Shown here piece by piece: positions 1 through 9,192 of a stretch of 64,000 bases of DNA. How positions within the stretch are numbered: position 1 is the stretch's first letter; every line of letters begins with the position of its first letter. Source of the DNA: Spirochaetia bacterium (GTDB taxonomy: Bacteria > Spirochaetota > Spirochaetia > UBA9216); assembly GCA_965140585.1 (NCBI GenBank), contig OZ223269.1, forward strand, positions 1 to 64,000, written 5' to 3'. Under the pieces are notes generated by a model. The model did no database searches, had not been told where the DNA came from, and saw only the letters and a program-made list of their open reading frames with translations. Made by a program: the position numbers and the translations under genes.

Positions 1-639
1 GGAACCCTTTTTCTTGATGAAATAGGTGAAATGCCTCTTGATATGCAGGTCAAACTACTGCGGGTCCTTGAAGACAGGGTTGTCAGCAGGGTAGGCAGCA
101 ATAATTATACCCCGGTTGATGTAAGAATTATTGCGGCAACCAATAAAAATCTGATTGATGAAGTTAATGACGGTGCGTTCAGGAAGGATTTGTTTTATAG
201 ATTGAATGTTCTGCCGATCACTCTTCCGTCTTTGCGTCGGCGTCGTGAGGACATTCCACTGCTCATCGAGCATTACAGCCGAAAGATCTCCAAAAAACTG
301 AACAAACGCGAAGTCAAGCTTGCAGGAGATAATCTTCAGCTCCTGTGCAGTTACGACTGGCCGGGAAATATACGCGAACTTGAAAACCTTGTGGAACTTA
401 TTATCAATTATGAGAAGGTTCCCGATTCATTCCCTCTGATGCAGGAAGGCCTCTGTTCAGAATTTGAAACCCCGAAGGAAGGGCACGGTCCAGAGGCCCT
501 GGAAGCAATTGAGAAAAACCATATCGAGAAAGTCCTTGAGGAAAATGATTATAACATCTCGGTTTCCGCCAGGTATCTCAGAATCGGAAGAAATACCCTC
601 TATCGGAAGATGAAAAACTACGGAATCAGATACGTCTGA
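1..639 (+). CDS. Sigma54-dependent transcriptional activator (AAA+ and Fis-HTH), 5'-truncated by the window edge; likely regulator of the AOR gene
   Basis: Frame open from base 1: GTLFLDEIGEM (Walker B), DVRIIAATN, FRKDLFYRLNV, WPGNIRELEN, C-terminal HTH (IGRNTLYRKM). Confidence 0.93.
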   Translation, partial: GTLFLDEIGEMPLDMQVKLLRVLEDRVVSRVGSNNYTPVDVRIIAATNKNLIDEVNDGAFRKDLFYRLNVLPITLPSLRRRREDIPLLIEHYSRKISKKLNKREVKLAGDNLQLLCSYDWPGNIRELENLVELIINYEKVPDSFPLMQEGLCSEFETPKEGHGPEALEAIEKNHIEKVLEENDYNISVSARYLRIGRNTLYRKMKNYGIRYV

Positions 640-649
640 AAAGCCCGGG

Positions 650-743
650 TGTTCTGATATGGAACACTTCCGGTTTTTATCTGTTCCATGCAGGAACAGA
701 TAAATTCTTTGATTACAGCCTCTGTATGTCCTCTTTTGGAACA
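650..743 (+). promoter_or_regulatory. Three putative enhancer sites TGTYCY-N5-GGAACA for the sigma54 activator
   Basis: TGTTCT-gatat-GGAACA 650-666, TGTTCC-atgca-GGAACA 682-698, TGTCCT-ctttt-GGAACA 727-743, upstream of a sigma54 promoter. Confidence 0.7.
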
Positions 744-835
744 CATACGTAAATAATCCCGTAATATACACTTTATATCACACAAACTTTGAAAAGAATT
801 ACTGTATCCCTCCAGAATTAGACCTTAATTCTCAA

Positions 836-851
836 TTGGCATGATTATTGC
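836..851 (+). promoter_or_regulatory. Sigma54 (-24/-12) promoter of the aor operon
   Basis: TTGGCATGATTATTGC with GG(838-839)-N10-GC(850-851), matching TGGCAC-N5-TTGC; adjacent to a sigma54 activator. Confidence 0.85.
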
Positions 852-887
852 GATATATCTGTTGATAAAAACCAAAGAGGAGAGATT

Positions 888-2696
888 TTGAACGGATATA
901 TTGGAAAGATTCTGCGGATAGATCTCAGTACCGTAAATATATCAACAGAAAAACTTGATCATGAAGCTGCATTAAAATATATAGGCGGCAGAGGTCTGGG
1001 TACTTACCTTATGACAAAGGAGACTTCACCGGAGGTTGATGCCCTCTCAGCTGAAAACAAACTGATGGTTGTCACCGGTCCGCTTACCGGCACACCTACG
1101 CCAACAGGCGGCTGGTACATGGTAGTTACAAAATCACCGCTTACCGGCACCATAGCATCATCCAATTCCGGAGGGTACTGGGGCGCTGAGCTCAAGTTCG
1201 CCGGTTATGATGCCATCATAATTGAGGGAAAGGCTGAAAAGCCTGTTTATATTGCTATCGAAGATGAGCGCGTTGAGATTCGCGATGCCAGACATCTCTG
1301 GGGAAAGCTGGTTTCGGAAACTACCGAAGAACTGCAGAAAGAAATTCCCGCAAAGGCGAGGGTAATGACCATCGGACCTGCAGGCGAAAACCTTTCACCA
1401 ATTGCAGCAATCATGAATGATCTCTGGAGGGCTGCAGGCCGTTCTGGTGTCGGGGCTGTTATGGGCTCTAAAAATCTTAAAGCCATTACGGTGAAAGGCT
1501 CAGGTAAACCGGCTGTAGCCGATGAAGATGCACTAAAAGAAGTTAATAAAAGATGCATGAAGCAGATAAAGTAAAACGGTGTTACCGGCCAGGGTCTTCC
1601 TACCTACGGAACCGCTGTTCTTGTAAATATAATTAATGAAAACGGGGTATTTCCTACAAATAATTTTCAGACATCACAGTTTGCTGATGCTGAAGAAATC
1701 AGCGGTGAAACAATGTCTGAAAGCTACCTGGTCAATAAAGACCCCTGCTACCGATGTCCGATTGCCTGCGGCAGATACTGCAAGGCTGATGACATTGAGG
1801 GCGGCGGACCTGAATACGAAACCGTCTGGGCCTTCGGAGGAGACTGCGGCGTTTCGGATATGGGAGCGGTAATTAAGGCCAATTACTGGTGTAATGAAAC
1901 CGGTATGGATACAATTTCTGCAGGATCAACAATTGCTGCCGCAATGGAACTGTATCAGAAGGGATATGTTGATGACTCTGAACTTGATGGTGTTTCCTTA
2001 AAATTCGGCGATGCAGAAGCTGTAGTTGAGTGGACAAAACGCATGGGCCGAGGAAAAGGCTTTGGAGCCAAAATGGCTTTGGGTTTCTACAGACTGACCG
2101 AATCGTACGGTGTACCTGAACTGTCCATGTCTGTAAAGAAGCAGGAGATACCGGCATATGACCCGCGAGGTATTCAGGGCCAGGGTCTGCAGTACGCTAC
2201 ATCAAACAGAGGCGGCTGCCATGTTCGCGGCTACCTTATTTCTCCGGAAATCCTCGGACTGCCGGAAGCCCTGGACAGGTTCAAGCTTGAGGGAAAAGCC
2301 GCCTGGGCAAAGATTTTTCAGGATCTGACTGCATTAATAGATTCATCAGGACTCTGCCTTTTTACTTCTTTTGCAATGGGAGCCGGAGATTATACGGATA
2401 TGCTGAATGCTGTTCTGGGTACCACCTGGTCTGCCGATGATATACTCGCGGCCGGTGAACGCATTTATAATATAGAAAGAATATACAATTTGAAAGCTGG
2501 AATTGAGCCTTCTCAGGATACACTGCCGAAAAGACTGTTTACCGAAGAAATTCCCGACGACCCATCGAAGGGATGGATACACAAGTTATCAGTTCTGCTC
2601 CCCGAATATTATAACCTGCGAGGCTGGGGCCTTGACGGAATACCTACTGCTGAAAGAGTTGAGTCTCTGGGTATTAAGCTTCCGGAAGGCCTATGA
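888..2696 (+). pseudogene. aor: Aldehyde:ferredoxin oxidoreductase (tungstopterin AOR family) interrupted by an in-frame TAA at 1572-1574
   Basis: ORFs 888-1574 and 1713-2696 are in the same frame and the intervening codons read NGVTGQGLPTYGTAVLVN; motifs TKSPLTG, AAGRSGVGAVMGSKNLK, CYRCPIACG, GPEYET, SNRGGCH, DSSGLC. Confidence 0.9.
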
Positions 2697-2917
2697 CTGT
2701 AACAGTAAGGCTCTTTGCCACTCTCCGAAACGGACGTGGCAAAGAGTTAAAGCTGGATTTTGAAGAAAGAGCTAACGTCCGGGATATCATTGAAAAACTG
2801 GATATCCCTAAAGAGGAGGTTGCGATTCTTCTTATTAATGGAAGAACCGGAACTATGGACAGGGAACTCACTTCAACAGATATTGTTTCTCTCTTTCCCC
2901 CTGTCGGAGGGGGGTGA
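2693..2917 (+). CDS. MoaD/ThiS-family sulfur carrier protein
   Basis: 74 aa, VRLFATLR...FPPVGGG with C-terminal di-glycine; start overlaps the aor stop. Confidence 0.9.
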   Translation: MTVTVRLFATLRNGRGKELKLDFEERANVRDIIEKLDIPKEEVAILLINGRTGTMDRELTSTDIVSLFPPVGGG

Positions 2918-3020
2918 GAATTTTCCCTGCATAAATTTGCATCCCTGAAAAAATTCTATAAAATTAATGAAAGAGATGAAAGCTCCTCATTTTATTTAAA
3001 GATTTTGATCAGGGAAATTT

Positions 3021-3224
3021 ATGCAAATACGAGTAGTTGTAAAGTTTGATGAGAAAACAGGTTCATATGATGCCCTCTGCCCGGAACTGCCAGGATGTAT
3101 TTGTTATGCCGATTCCGAAGAAGCCGTATGTAAAAAAATAAAAGAAGCTGTAGAAATCTATCTAAGTCCTGATAAGCGCTATCCGATTCCCAAAAAATCC
3201 CATGTTATCAACATCGATATTTGA
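3021..3224 (+). CDS. HicB-like antitoxin-domain protein (short, no DNA-binding domain)
   Basis: YDALCPELPGCICYADSEEAVCKKIKEAVEIYL resembles the HicB/UPF0150 core. Confidence 0.7.
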   Translation: MQIRVVVKFDEKTGSYDALCPELPGCICYADSEEAVCKKIKEAVEIYLSPDKRYPIPKKSHVINIDI

Positions 3225-3312
3225 AAGTTTCTGTTATGTTAAGTTTTTTTAAGCTGAATATAACTGGTACTATTGAATAAAAGCAATAAATCTGCTATTT
3301 ATACTTTGGTTT

Positions 3313-3523
3313 CGCAAATATTTGTTAAATTATTTGCGGGTGCCGAAAATTCCATGCGCTGACATTGAGGACGGGAAGCCTGTTCGTACCAATTCAGAAA
3401 AAATCTGTGAGGTGCCGCGGTCGCGCAAGCTGTAAAATAAATTTATTTTTAGGTTGCTGCGGTGGAATTATCTTCTTGAACTTTCCTTTCTTTAATCCGT
3501 ACCAGCCTGTACGGTGGAATTAT
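3313..3523 (+). ncRNA. Candidate structured cis-regulatory leader of the mtmB-like/ECF operon (class unassigned)
   Basis: GC-rich island in an AT-rich spacer; several hairpins; CGGTGGAATTAT repeated at 3460-3471 and 3512-3523, both complementary to AATTCCA at 3348-3354. Confidence 0.45.
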
Positions 3524-4889
3524 GATTAATTACCTTGAAATATCTGAACGTGCCTCGAAAGGCAGAAAGATGTCAAAAAATGACTGGGATTTTCTTATTG
3601 TCGAAAAGGCTATGAAGCTTGTAGACAAGTACAGCTTAAGCTGGAACCCTGAAAAGGTTCTTGAAGACAACCCGGAGCTTGCCGACAGGCTTTATAATGC
3701 GGGCCGGGAACTCCTGCTTGATACCGGAATATACTACCTGTCAGAAGGCACCGTGCTGGAGCTTTCCGCGGACGAAATAGATTCTGCTGCGAAGGCCATG
3801 AACAAATCACTTGTGATGGGTGAGGGGGCTCAGGCCTATACTCTGCATCCGCGAAAACCCCTTGATGAGCGTCCGCCCGCAGTGTGGGCCGGGAATCCGG
3901 GGGCTCCGACTCCCGAGCGAGTTTTCAAGGCAACGGTCAAAAGCTGGGCAAAGGAGCCTGTTGTTGATCTTATTACCTGCGGCTCCCTCATCGATGTCGA
4001 CGGAGTTCAGGTGCGTTCAGGCGAAGTCAGTGAACTCTATGCTTCCAAACGGGAACTTTCAATTCTGAAGGAAGTCCGCGAAGAATGCGGCCGCCCCGGA
4101 ATAGGAATGCTCGGTGCAGAAAGCAGTGTTACCGAAATTGGCGATCTGGCATCAGCTCATCCAGAGCTCCTCAGATCCTGCGATTCTCACCTTGTTGCAA
4201 TGTATAATGAACTTATGATAGATCGCGGCAATATGCTGCGTGCAGCCAATTCAGTGCACTACGGCATGGCTAATGCCTCGCTTGCTACTGTCATGGTAGG
4301 AGGGCTTGCCGGTGATGCTCCGGGTGCTGCGGTCGTACAGATAGCATCCTTTCTTGCAGCCAATATAATCTGTCTTGCTGACTACCATCTCTGCCACCCC
4401 ATACATATCAGGTATGTGGCTACATCCGCCCGCGGCTGCATGTGGCTTCAGAGCATGGTCTGCCAGGCCTTTGCTCGGAACGCCCCTGCAATTATTGTCG
4501 GTGATATATATCCCAAGAGCGGAGCAATGACAAAGGAAGTTCTGTATGAAGTTGCCGCCAATACTGTGGCGCTCAGCGTGGCAGGCGGTCACCTTGAAGG
4601 TGTAGGTTCCGCTGATGGAAGTGTCCCTCACGGAACGGGAATTGAGGTCCGCGTGATGGGAGAAACCGGTCATGCGGTTACAGGTCAGCGGATAGACTTT
4701 GAGGAAGGAAACAGGATTATTCTGGAACTTCTTTCAAGGTATGAGTTTGTGTTTGAAAAAGAGGGTGGAAATCCGGGGCTTCCATTTGATGAAGCATATG
4801 ATATGGATACTTGCGAGCCGAAAGCTGAATGGCTTTCCATCTATGAAGAAGTAAAGGCAGAATTAGCCAACATCGGCTTAAAATTATAG
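3522..4889 (+). CDS. Monomethylamine:corrinoid methyltransferase (MtmB) family protein lacking pyrrolysine
   Basis: 455 aa; ADRLYNAG, GRPGIGMLGAESS aligns by eye with archaeal GRPGMGV-Pyl-GPETS; no in-frame TAG. Confidence 0.85.
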   Translation: MINYLEISERASKGRKMSKNDWDFLIVEKAMKLVDKYSLSWNPEKVLEDNPELADRLYNAGRELLLDTGIYYLSEGTVLELSADEIDSAAKAMNKSLVMGEGAQAYTLHPRKPLDERPPAVWAGNPGAPTPERVFKATVKSWAKEPVVDLITCGSLIDVDGVQVRSGEVSELYASKRELSILKEVREECGRPGIGMLGAESSVTEIGDLASAHPELLRSCDSHLVAMYNELMIDRGNMLRAANSVHYGMANASLATVMVGGLAGDAPGAAVVQIASFLAANIICLADYHLCHPIHIRYVATSARGCMWLQSMVCQAFARNAPAIIVGDIYPKSGAMTKEVLYEVAANTVALSVAGGHLEGVGSADGSVPHGTGIEVRVMGETGHAVTGQRIDFEEGNRIILELLSRYEFVFEKEGGNPGLPFDEAYDMDTCEPKAEWLSIYEEVKAELANIGLKL

Positions 4890-4903
4890 AACAGGAGAAA
4901 ATA

Positions 4904-5542
4904 ATGGCTCTGTACACGGTTTTTAACGTTGCGGTCCTGGTTGTTCTTGGGCTGGTTGCCAGACTCACGGACAAGAATGTCTTTGAAAAAGAGAAGGGTG
5001 GATATTCCACACGGAACCTTGTTGTAGTTGCAGTACTTGCTGCAATTGCAGGTGTAATCAATACCGGTGTAGGCAACATCTGGTATCTTGCCAACACTTC
5101 ACTCGGACCTCTGGGCGGAGCCCTGATTCAGGGAATGTTCATGTGGGCATATATACTTGCTGTATTTATGGTAAGAAAGCCCGGTGTAGCGCTCGCTTTC
5201 GGAATTATAGAAGCTGCCACAGAAGTTCTTCTCGGCAATGCTGCCGGAGTCGGTACCCTCGGATGGGGTATCTCACAAGGACTTGCTATTGAATTCATAC
5301 TGATTCTTACAGCATATTCACGCTTCGGTCTTATGACAGCCCTGATGGCAGGTATTGCATCTTCCCAGTTCGGTACACTGTGGAGCTCTGTTTTCTACGG
5401 ATGGGATCCCGCCTATTCAAAGGATGTCTGGATTGCCGTTCCTGTCAATATGATTTCAGGTGCTGTATTCAGCGGTCTCCTCGGTTATTTCCTTGCAGGA
5501 CGAATCGCAAAGACCGGTCTTATAAGATCAGCGAAGAAATAA
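4904..5542 (+). CDS. ECF transporter S (substrate-binding) component, YkoE-like
   Basis: Hydrophobic ~6-7 TM, VRKPGVALAFG...EVLLGN...QGLAIE; upstream of ECF A and T genes. Confidence 0.8.
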   Translation: MALYTVFNVAVLVVLGLVARLTDKNVFEKEKGGYSTRNLVVVAVLAAIAGVINTGVGNIWYLANTSLGPLGGALIQGMFMWAYILAVFMVRKPGVALAFGIIEAATEVLLGNAAGVGTLGWGISQGLAIEFILILTAYSRFGLMTALMAGIASSQFGTLWSSVFYGWDPAYSKDVWIAVPVNMISGAVFSGLLGYFLAGRIAKTGLIRSAKK

Positions 5543-5549
5543 TTGAGCT

Positions 5550-7307
5550 ATGCCGGGTATAATAGAACTTAAGGATGTAACATTCACCTTTGACGGGGAA
5601 GAAAAGCCTGTATTAAGCGATCTCAGTTTTTCACTTCCGGCCGGAAGTTTCTCAATACTTGTCGGCCCCGGAGGAAGCGGTAAATCTACTCTCTGCAACC
5701 TTCTTAACGGACGAATTCCCCATCTTATTCCCGGCAGGCTTAAAGGATCCGTGCTGATCGACTCTATGAACAGCGCGGATACCGAAATGAAAGAGCTCTC
5801 CTGTTCAGTCGGATACGTGTTTCAGGATCCCGAGAATATGTTCGCTACCTTGTCGGTTGAAGATGAGATAGCTTTCGGTCCCGAGAACCTGCTTCATCCT
5901 GCGGAACAGATCAAGAGCTCAGTTGATGAGCTTCTTGATTTAACGGAGCTTGCACCTTACAGAAAGAATCTTGTCTGGAATCTTTCCGGCGGACAGATTC
6001 AGAAGCTTGGTCTGGCTTCGGTGCTTGCAATGAAACCCAAAATCATCGTCCTTGATGAACCGACAGCCAACCTTGATCCTGCTGCCACAAGACAGGTCCA
6101 TGAGTTGATACTCAGTCTGCGGAGTGAGGGGATAACAGTACTTCTCGTTACCAGGGAGCTCGATGATTTTATGGCCGAAGCGGATCAGATTCTTGTTCTA
6201 GAAGGCGGAAAACTCGCAGCAGCAGGTGAGCCCTACAGTCTTCTGTCTGAAAAAGGAGAGTATATCAATTCTCTTGGTATATGGCTTCCCGAAACAGTTG
6301 AGATAGGTCTGGGTCTTAAGAAGCTCGGGTACACAGTGTCTGGAATTCCCATCCGTATAGATGAAACCCTTAAACTTCTTGAAGATACAGGGCTGACTGC
6401 GTCAGTTAAGTGTCTGAACGGCCGCCCTCCTAAAAATGATGAAGCTCCACAATCGACCACGGGTTCAGTGTCGGAAGATATCCTGATAAAGGCTGAAAAT
6501 CTTCGCTACTCCTACGGCGCGGGGCTGTATGCTTTAAAAGGTGTCTCTTTTGATGTAAGAGCTGGTGAGATGCTTGCTGTAGTCGGCAGAAACGGTGCAG
6601 GTAAGAGTACTCTTGCCAAACTTCTAATCGGTCTTAATAAATGCACAGAAGGGAGTCTGATGCTGATGGGGAAGCCTTCAGCCAAATGGAAAATCCCGAA
6701 GCTTGCAAATCATATCGCTCTGGTTTTTCAGAATCCCGAGCATCAGTTTCTTACAGACACAGTATCAGAGGAAATTGAGTACAGTCTGAAGTCCAAGGGT
6801 GTGTTTGACAAGGATGAGATGGCTGCTGAACTGAAACGGCTTCTCGAGGAGCTTGATCTTACAGATGCTGCAGATTCTCATCCCTTTGCACTGAGTGCCG
6901 GAAAAAAACGCAGGCTGGGTGTTGCTACGATGCTTGTAGGTAATCCCTCCGTCCTGATTGTAGATGAACCGACATACGGACAGGATCGTGAGATGACCCG
7001 CAATCTTATGAAGCTTATGAAAGACATTCAGAGCCGCGGAGTAGCCGTGATCATGATAAGTCATGATATGAGGCTTGTTGAGGAATATGCCGACAGGGTG
7101 ATTGTTCTTAGTGAGGGCAGAAAATATTATGACGGAATACCCTCAGAGCTCTTCAAGAAGCCTGAGCTCCTGCAGCAGTCGAATCTTCAGCCGACCCTGC
7201 TGAGCGAAATTCTGAAAAAACTCGAACAGAACGGACTTGAAATTAACGGATGCATCCCGGGCAGCGGGATGTTTCTGGAGCTGCTGAGCGCGGGAGGAAA
7301 GATGTAA
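5550..7307 (+). CDS. ECF transporter fused double ATPase (A-A')
   Basis: Two Walker A motifs (GPGGSGKST, GRNGAGKST), VFQDPE/VFQNPE Q-loops, LSGGQ/LSAGK signatures, two DEPT motifs. Confidence 0.92.
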   Translation: MPGIIELKDVTFTFDGEEKPVLSDLSFSLPAGSFSILVGPGGSGKSTLCNLLNGRIPHLIPGRLKGSVLIDSMNSADTEMKELSCSVGYVFQDPENMFATLSVEDEIAFGPENLLHPAEQIKSSVDELLDLTELAPYRKNLVWNLSGGQIQKLGLASVLAMKPKIIVLDEPTANLDPAATRQVHELILSLRSEGITVLLVTRELDDFMAEADQILVLEGGKLAAAGEPYSLLSEKGEYINSLGIWLPETVEIGLGLKKLGYTVSGIPIRIDETLKLLEDTGLTASVKCLNGRPPKNDEAPQSTTGSVSEDILIKAENLRYSYGAGLYALKGVSFDVRAGEMLAVVGRNGAGKSTLAKLLIGLNKCTEGSLMLMGKPSAKWKIPKLANHIALVFQNPEHQFLTDTVSEEIEYSLKSKGVFDKDEMAAELKRLLEELDLTDAADSHPFALSAGKKRRLGVATMLVGNPSVLIVDEPTYGQDREMTRNLMKLMKDIQSRGVAVIMISHDMRLVEEYADRVIVLSEGRKYYDGIPSELFKKPELLQQSNLQPTLLSEILKKLEQNGLEINGCIPGSGMFLELLSAGGKM

Positions 7308-8101
7308 TGGCTGACAGTAATTTTCTTCAGTACAAAGAGCGGGGATCGGCACTTAACCGTACCTATCCACTGGTTAAGCTCATCTGGGTCTTTATTGTAG
7401 CTGTCGGACTCTTCATATTTAAAACACCGTACAGTGGTGCAGTGATGTTTGTCTTTATGCTTACTCTGGCTGTCACCGCAGGAAGAATTTCTTTACTAGA
7501 GATTTTTCGCAGCGGTCTGATAGTCTTCGGTTTGGGCATCCTTCTGATGATTTTCCATCTGTTTGCAGATCCTGGTGAACCTCTGATGAAAATAGGATTT
7601 ATTACCATTACAGATAACGGAATCTTTCAGGGACCAATATTCTTTTTCCGGCTCTCAGTGATTGTTCTTGCAAGTTTTGTTCTAATCTGGACAACAGATA
7701 CCAGGGACTTGATGCGTTCACTGGTAAAAGCCCGTATGCCCTACCGCTATGCATTTACCATCTTTCTGGCACTTCGCTTTCTGCCGCTTATTCAGCGCGA
7801 GGTTAATGCCGTCCGTTCTGCTCATGCCATCCGTGGAAAAGCCTCAGGTTCGGGACTGAGCCATCGCTTTGCCTTGTGGCAGCGCTATGTATTTACCATT
7901 CTTGTAAACGGTCTTAGAAAGGCGGAAATCACAGCTGATGCACTTGACTGCAGGGCTTTCGGTCATCATTCAGAACGTACCTATGTGAAAGATGTATTCT
8001 TTCATGGACGAGATATTCTACTCCCTGTTTTTACTTTAATCCTGCTTGGTTTACTGATAGTTCTGGAGCATTACCCGCTCATTCCCTTTCCCTCGGCTTA
8101 A
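7307..8101 (+). CDS. ECF transporter transmembrane T component
   Basis: P(L)VKL start, ALRFLP, AHAIRG and ALDCRAF X-Arg-X motifs; ATG overlaps the ATPase stop. Confidence 0.9.
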   Translation: MADSNFLQYKERGSALNRTYPLVKLIWVFIVAVGLFIFKTPYSGAVMFVFMLTLAVTAGRISLLEIFRSGLIVFGLGILLMIFHLFADPGEPLMKIGFITITDNGIFQGPIFFFRLSVIVLASFVLIWTTDTRDLMRSLVKARMPYRYAFTIFLALRFLPLIQREVNAVRSAHAIRGKASGSGLSHRFALWQRYVFTILVNGLRKAEITADALDCRAFGHHSERTYVKDVFFHGRDILLPVFTLILLGLLIVLEHYPLIPFPSA

Positions 8102-8135
8102 TGATATAATTCCCGGGCTTACAAGAGGAGAACTT

Positions 8136-8558
8136 ATGAAAAAACTTGCAATACTTACAGTCCTGGTTATTCTAATCAGCAGCTGCGGCAGCAGTCTCAA
8201 AGGAACTTATGCAGATCTTGCTACTGAAAATGAAATACCCGGCAGTGTCTATCAATATATATTCATGGATGACGGCAGTTTTACCTTTAACTGGAAGGTT
8301 CCCGGGCTCGAGACTGGGGAAGAGTACGATCTTGATATCTTTATGAAGGGTACTTTTTTGATTGCAGATGATATAATAACTTTTACGATAACCGAAGAAA
8401 CAAGCCGGATTCTCGGACAGAGTCCTGAAGCAGATGTGCCCTGGACAGTTGATATGCAGATTATCAATAAGAACAGTAAAAGTATTGAAATCAGCAGGCT
8501 GGCAGATGATTCATCTGAAAAAGAGGATTACAGGGTAATAAAACTTACCAGAAGATAA
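8136..8558 (+). CDS. Hypothetical lipoprotein
   Basis: AGGAG RBS; MKK + hydrophobic core + ISSC lipobox. Confidence 0.75.
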   Translation: MKKLAILTVLVILISSCGSSLKGTYADLATENEIPGSVYQYIFMDDGSFTFNWKVPGLETGEEYDLDIFMKGTFLIADDIITFTITEETSRILGQSPEADVPWTVDMQIINKNSKSIEISRLADDSSEKEDYRVIKLTRR

Positions 8559-8663
8559 TACTCTGACTTATAGCTTTCGCTTATTATTTTAATGAATATA
8601 TAATATTGGACGATCTCACCTCCCCGAAAATATAATAACCGTGAAACTTATGTTTTATATTGA

Positions 8664-9041
8664 ATGCACCATTGGAGTTTCAACAATGGCTCTTGGATGT
8701 CGAAGCAGTTTAAGGAGGCCGGCTTCACAAAGCAGGATATTCTTGAATACGTTGTTGAATACAACCATAGACCCTCAACCGAAATCCCCAGGGCGGCTAT
8801 CGGAAATAATCATCCCCGCAAGGGCCTGGTTTTCCCTTCTCCCGGCCTTAAGCACCATGTCCGCCTTTTCTGGAATACCGACCATATGTTTGTGATTGTA
8901 GGCGGAGCAGACTGGGGTACGGTTTATCTGGGAGGAGGTGACCACGGCGGGCCCTGCTGTAAGAAGGCTGTTCTGCCTTCGGCCTGGAAATCACTCGTTG
9001 ATAAATATCCGGGTAGGATGCCTGAATACCTGGATTATTAA
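8664..9041 (+). pseudogene. Probable C-terminal remnant of a larger conserved uncharacterised protein
   Basis: No RBS; protein-like sequence (EAGFTKQDILEYVVEY...GGGDHGGPC...LPSAW..LV.KY) begins abruptly after AT-rich DNA; own terminator follows. Confidence 0.4.
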
Positions 9042-9062
9042 TGATTTTTTGCATTCTTTTTT

Positions 9063-9092
9063 CAGCCTGCTTTTCGGCGGGCTGTTTTTTTT
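9063..9092 (+). terminator. Intrinsic terminator
   Basis: CAGCCTGC-TTTTCG-GCGGGCTG followed by a T run. Confidence 0.8.
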
Positions 9093-9123
9093 GTCTTTTT
9101 GAAGTATTTGCAGTAATATAAAT

Positions 9124-9171
9124 TTGACAATATGTAAGAAATATATTACATTTAGTAAGAAATAAGTTACT
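9124..9171 (+). promoter_or_regulatory. Sigma70 promoter overlapped by two GTAA-N8-TTAC operators
   Basis: TTGACA 9124-9129, 17 bp, TACATT 9147-9152; TGTAAGAAATATATTACA 9133-9150 and AGTAAGAAATAAGTTACT 9154-9171. Confidence 0.65.
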
Positions 9172-9192
9172 AAGGTACAGGGGGTACAATTT

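Noticed and set aside
1572-1574. Selenocysteine or pyrrolysine readthrough in aor
   Set aside because: The codon is TAA, which is a normal stop throughout the window
3337-3470. Assignment of the leader as a TPP or cobalamin riboswitch
   Set aside because: Lacks the CTGAGA and CTGAT..TAAT..GCG.AGG elements of TPP and the B12 box; left unassigned
3522-4889. Pyrrolysine-containing MtmB
   Set aside because: No in-frame TAG; the equivalent codon is CTC (Leu); no pyl genes in the window
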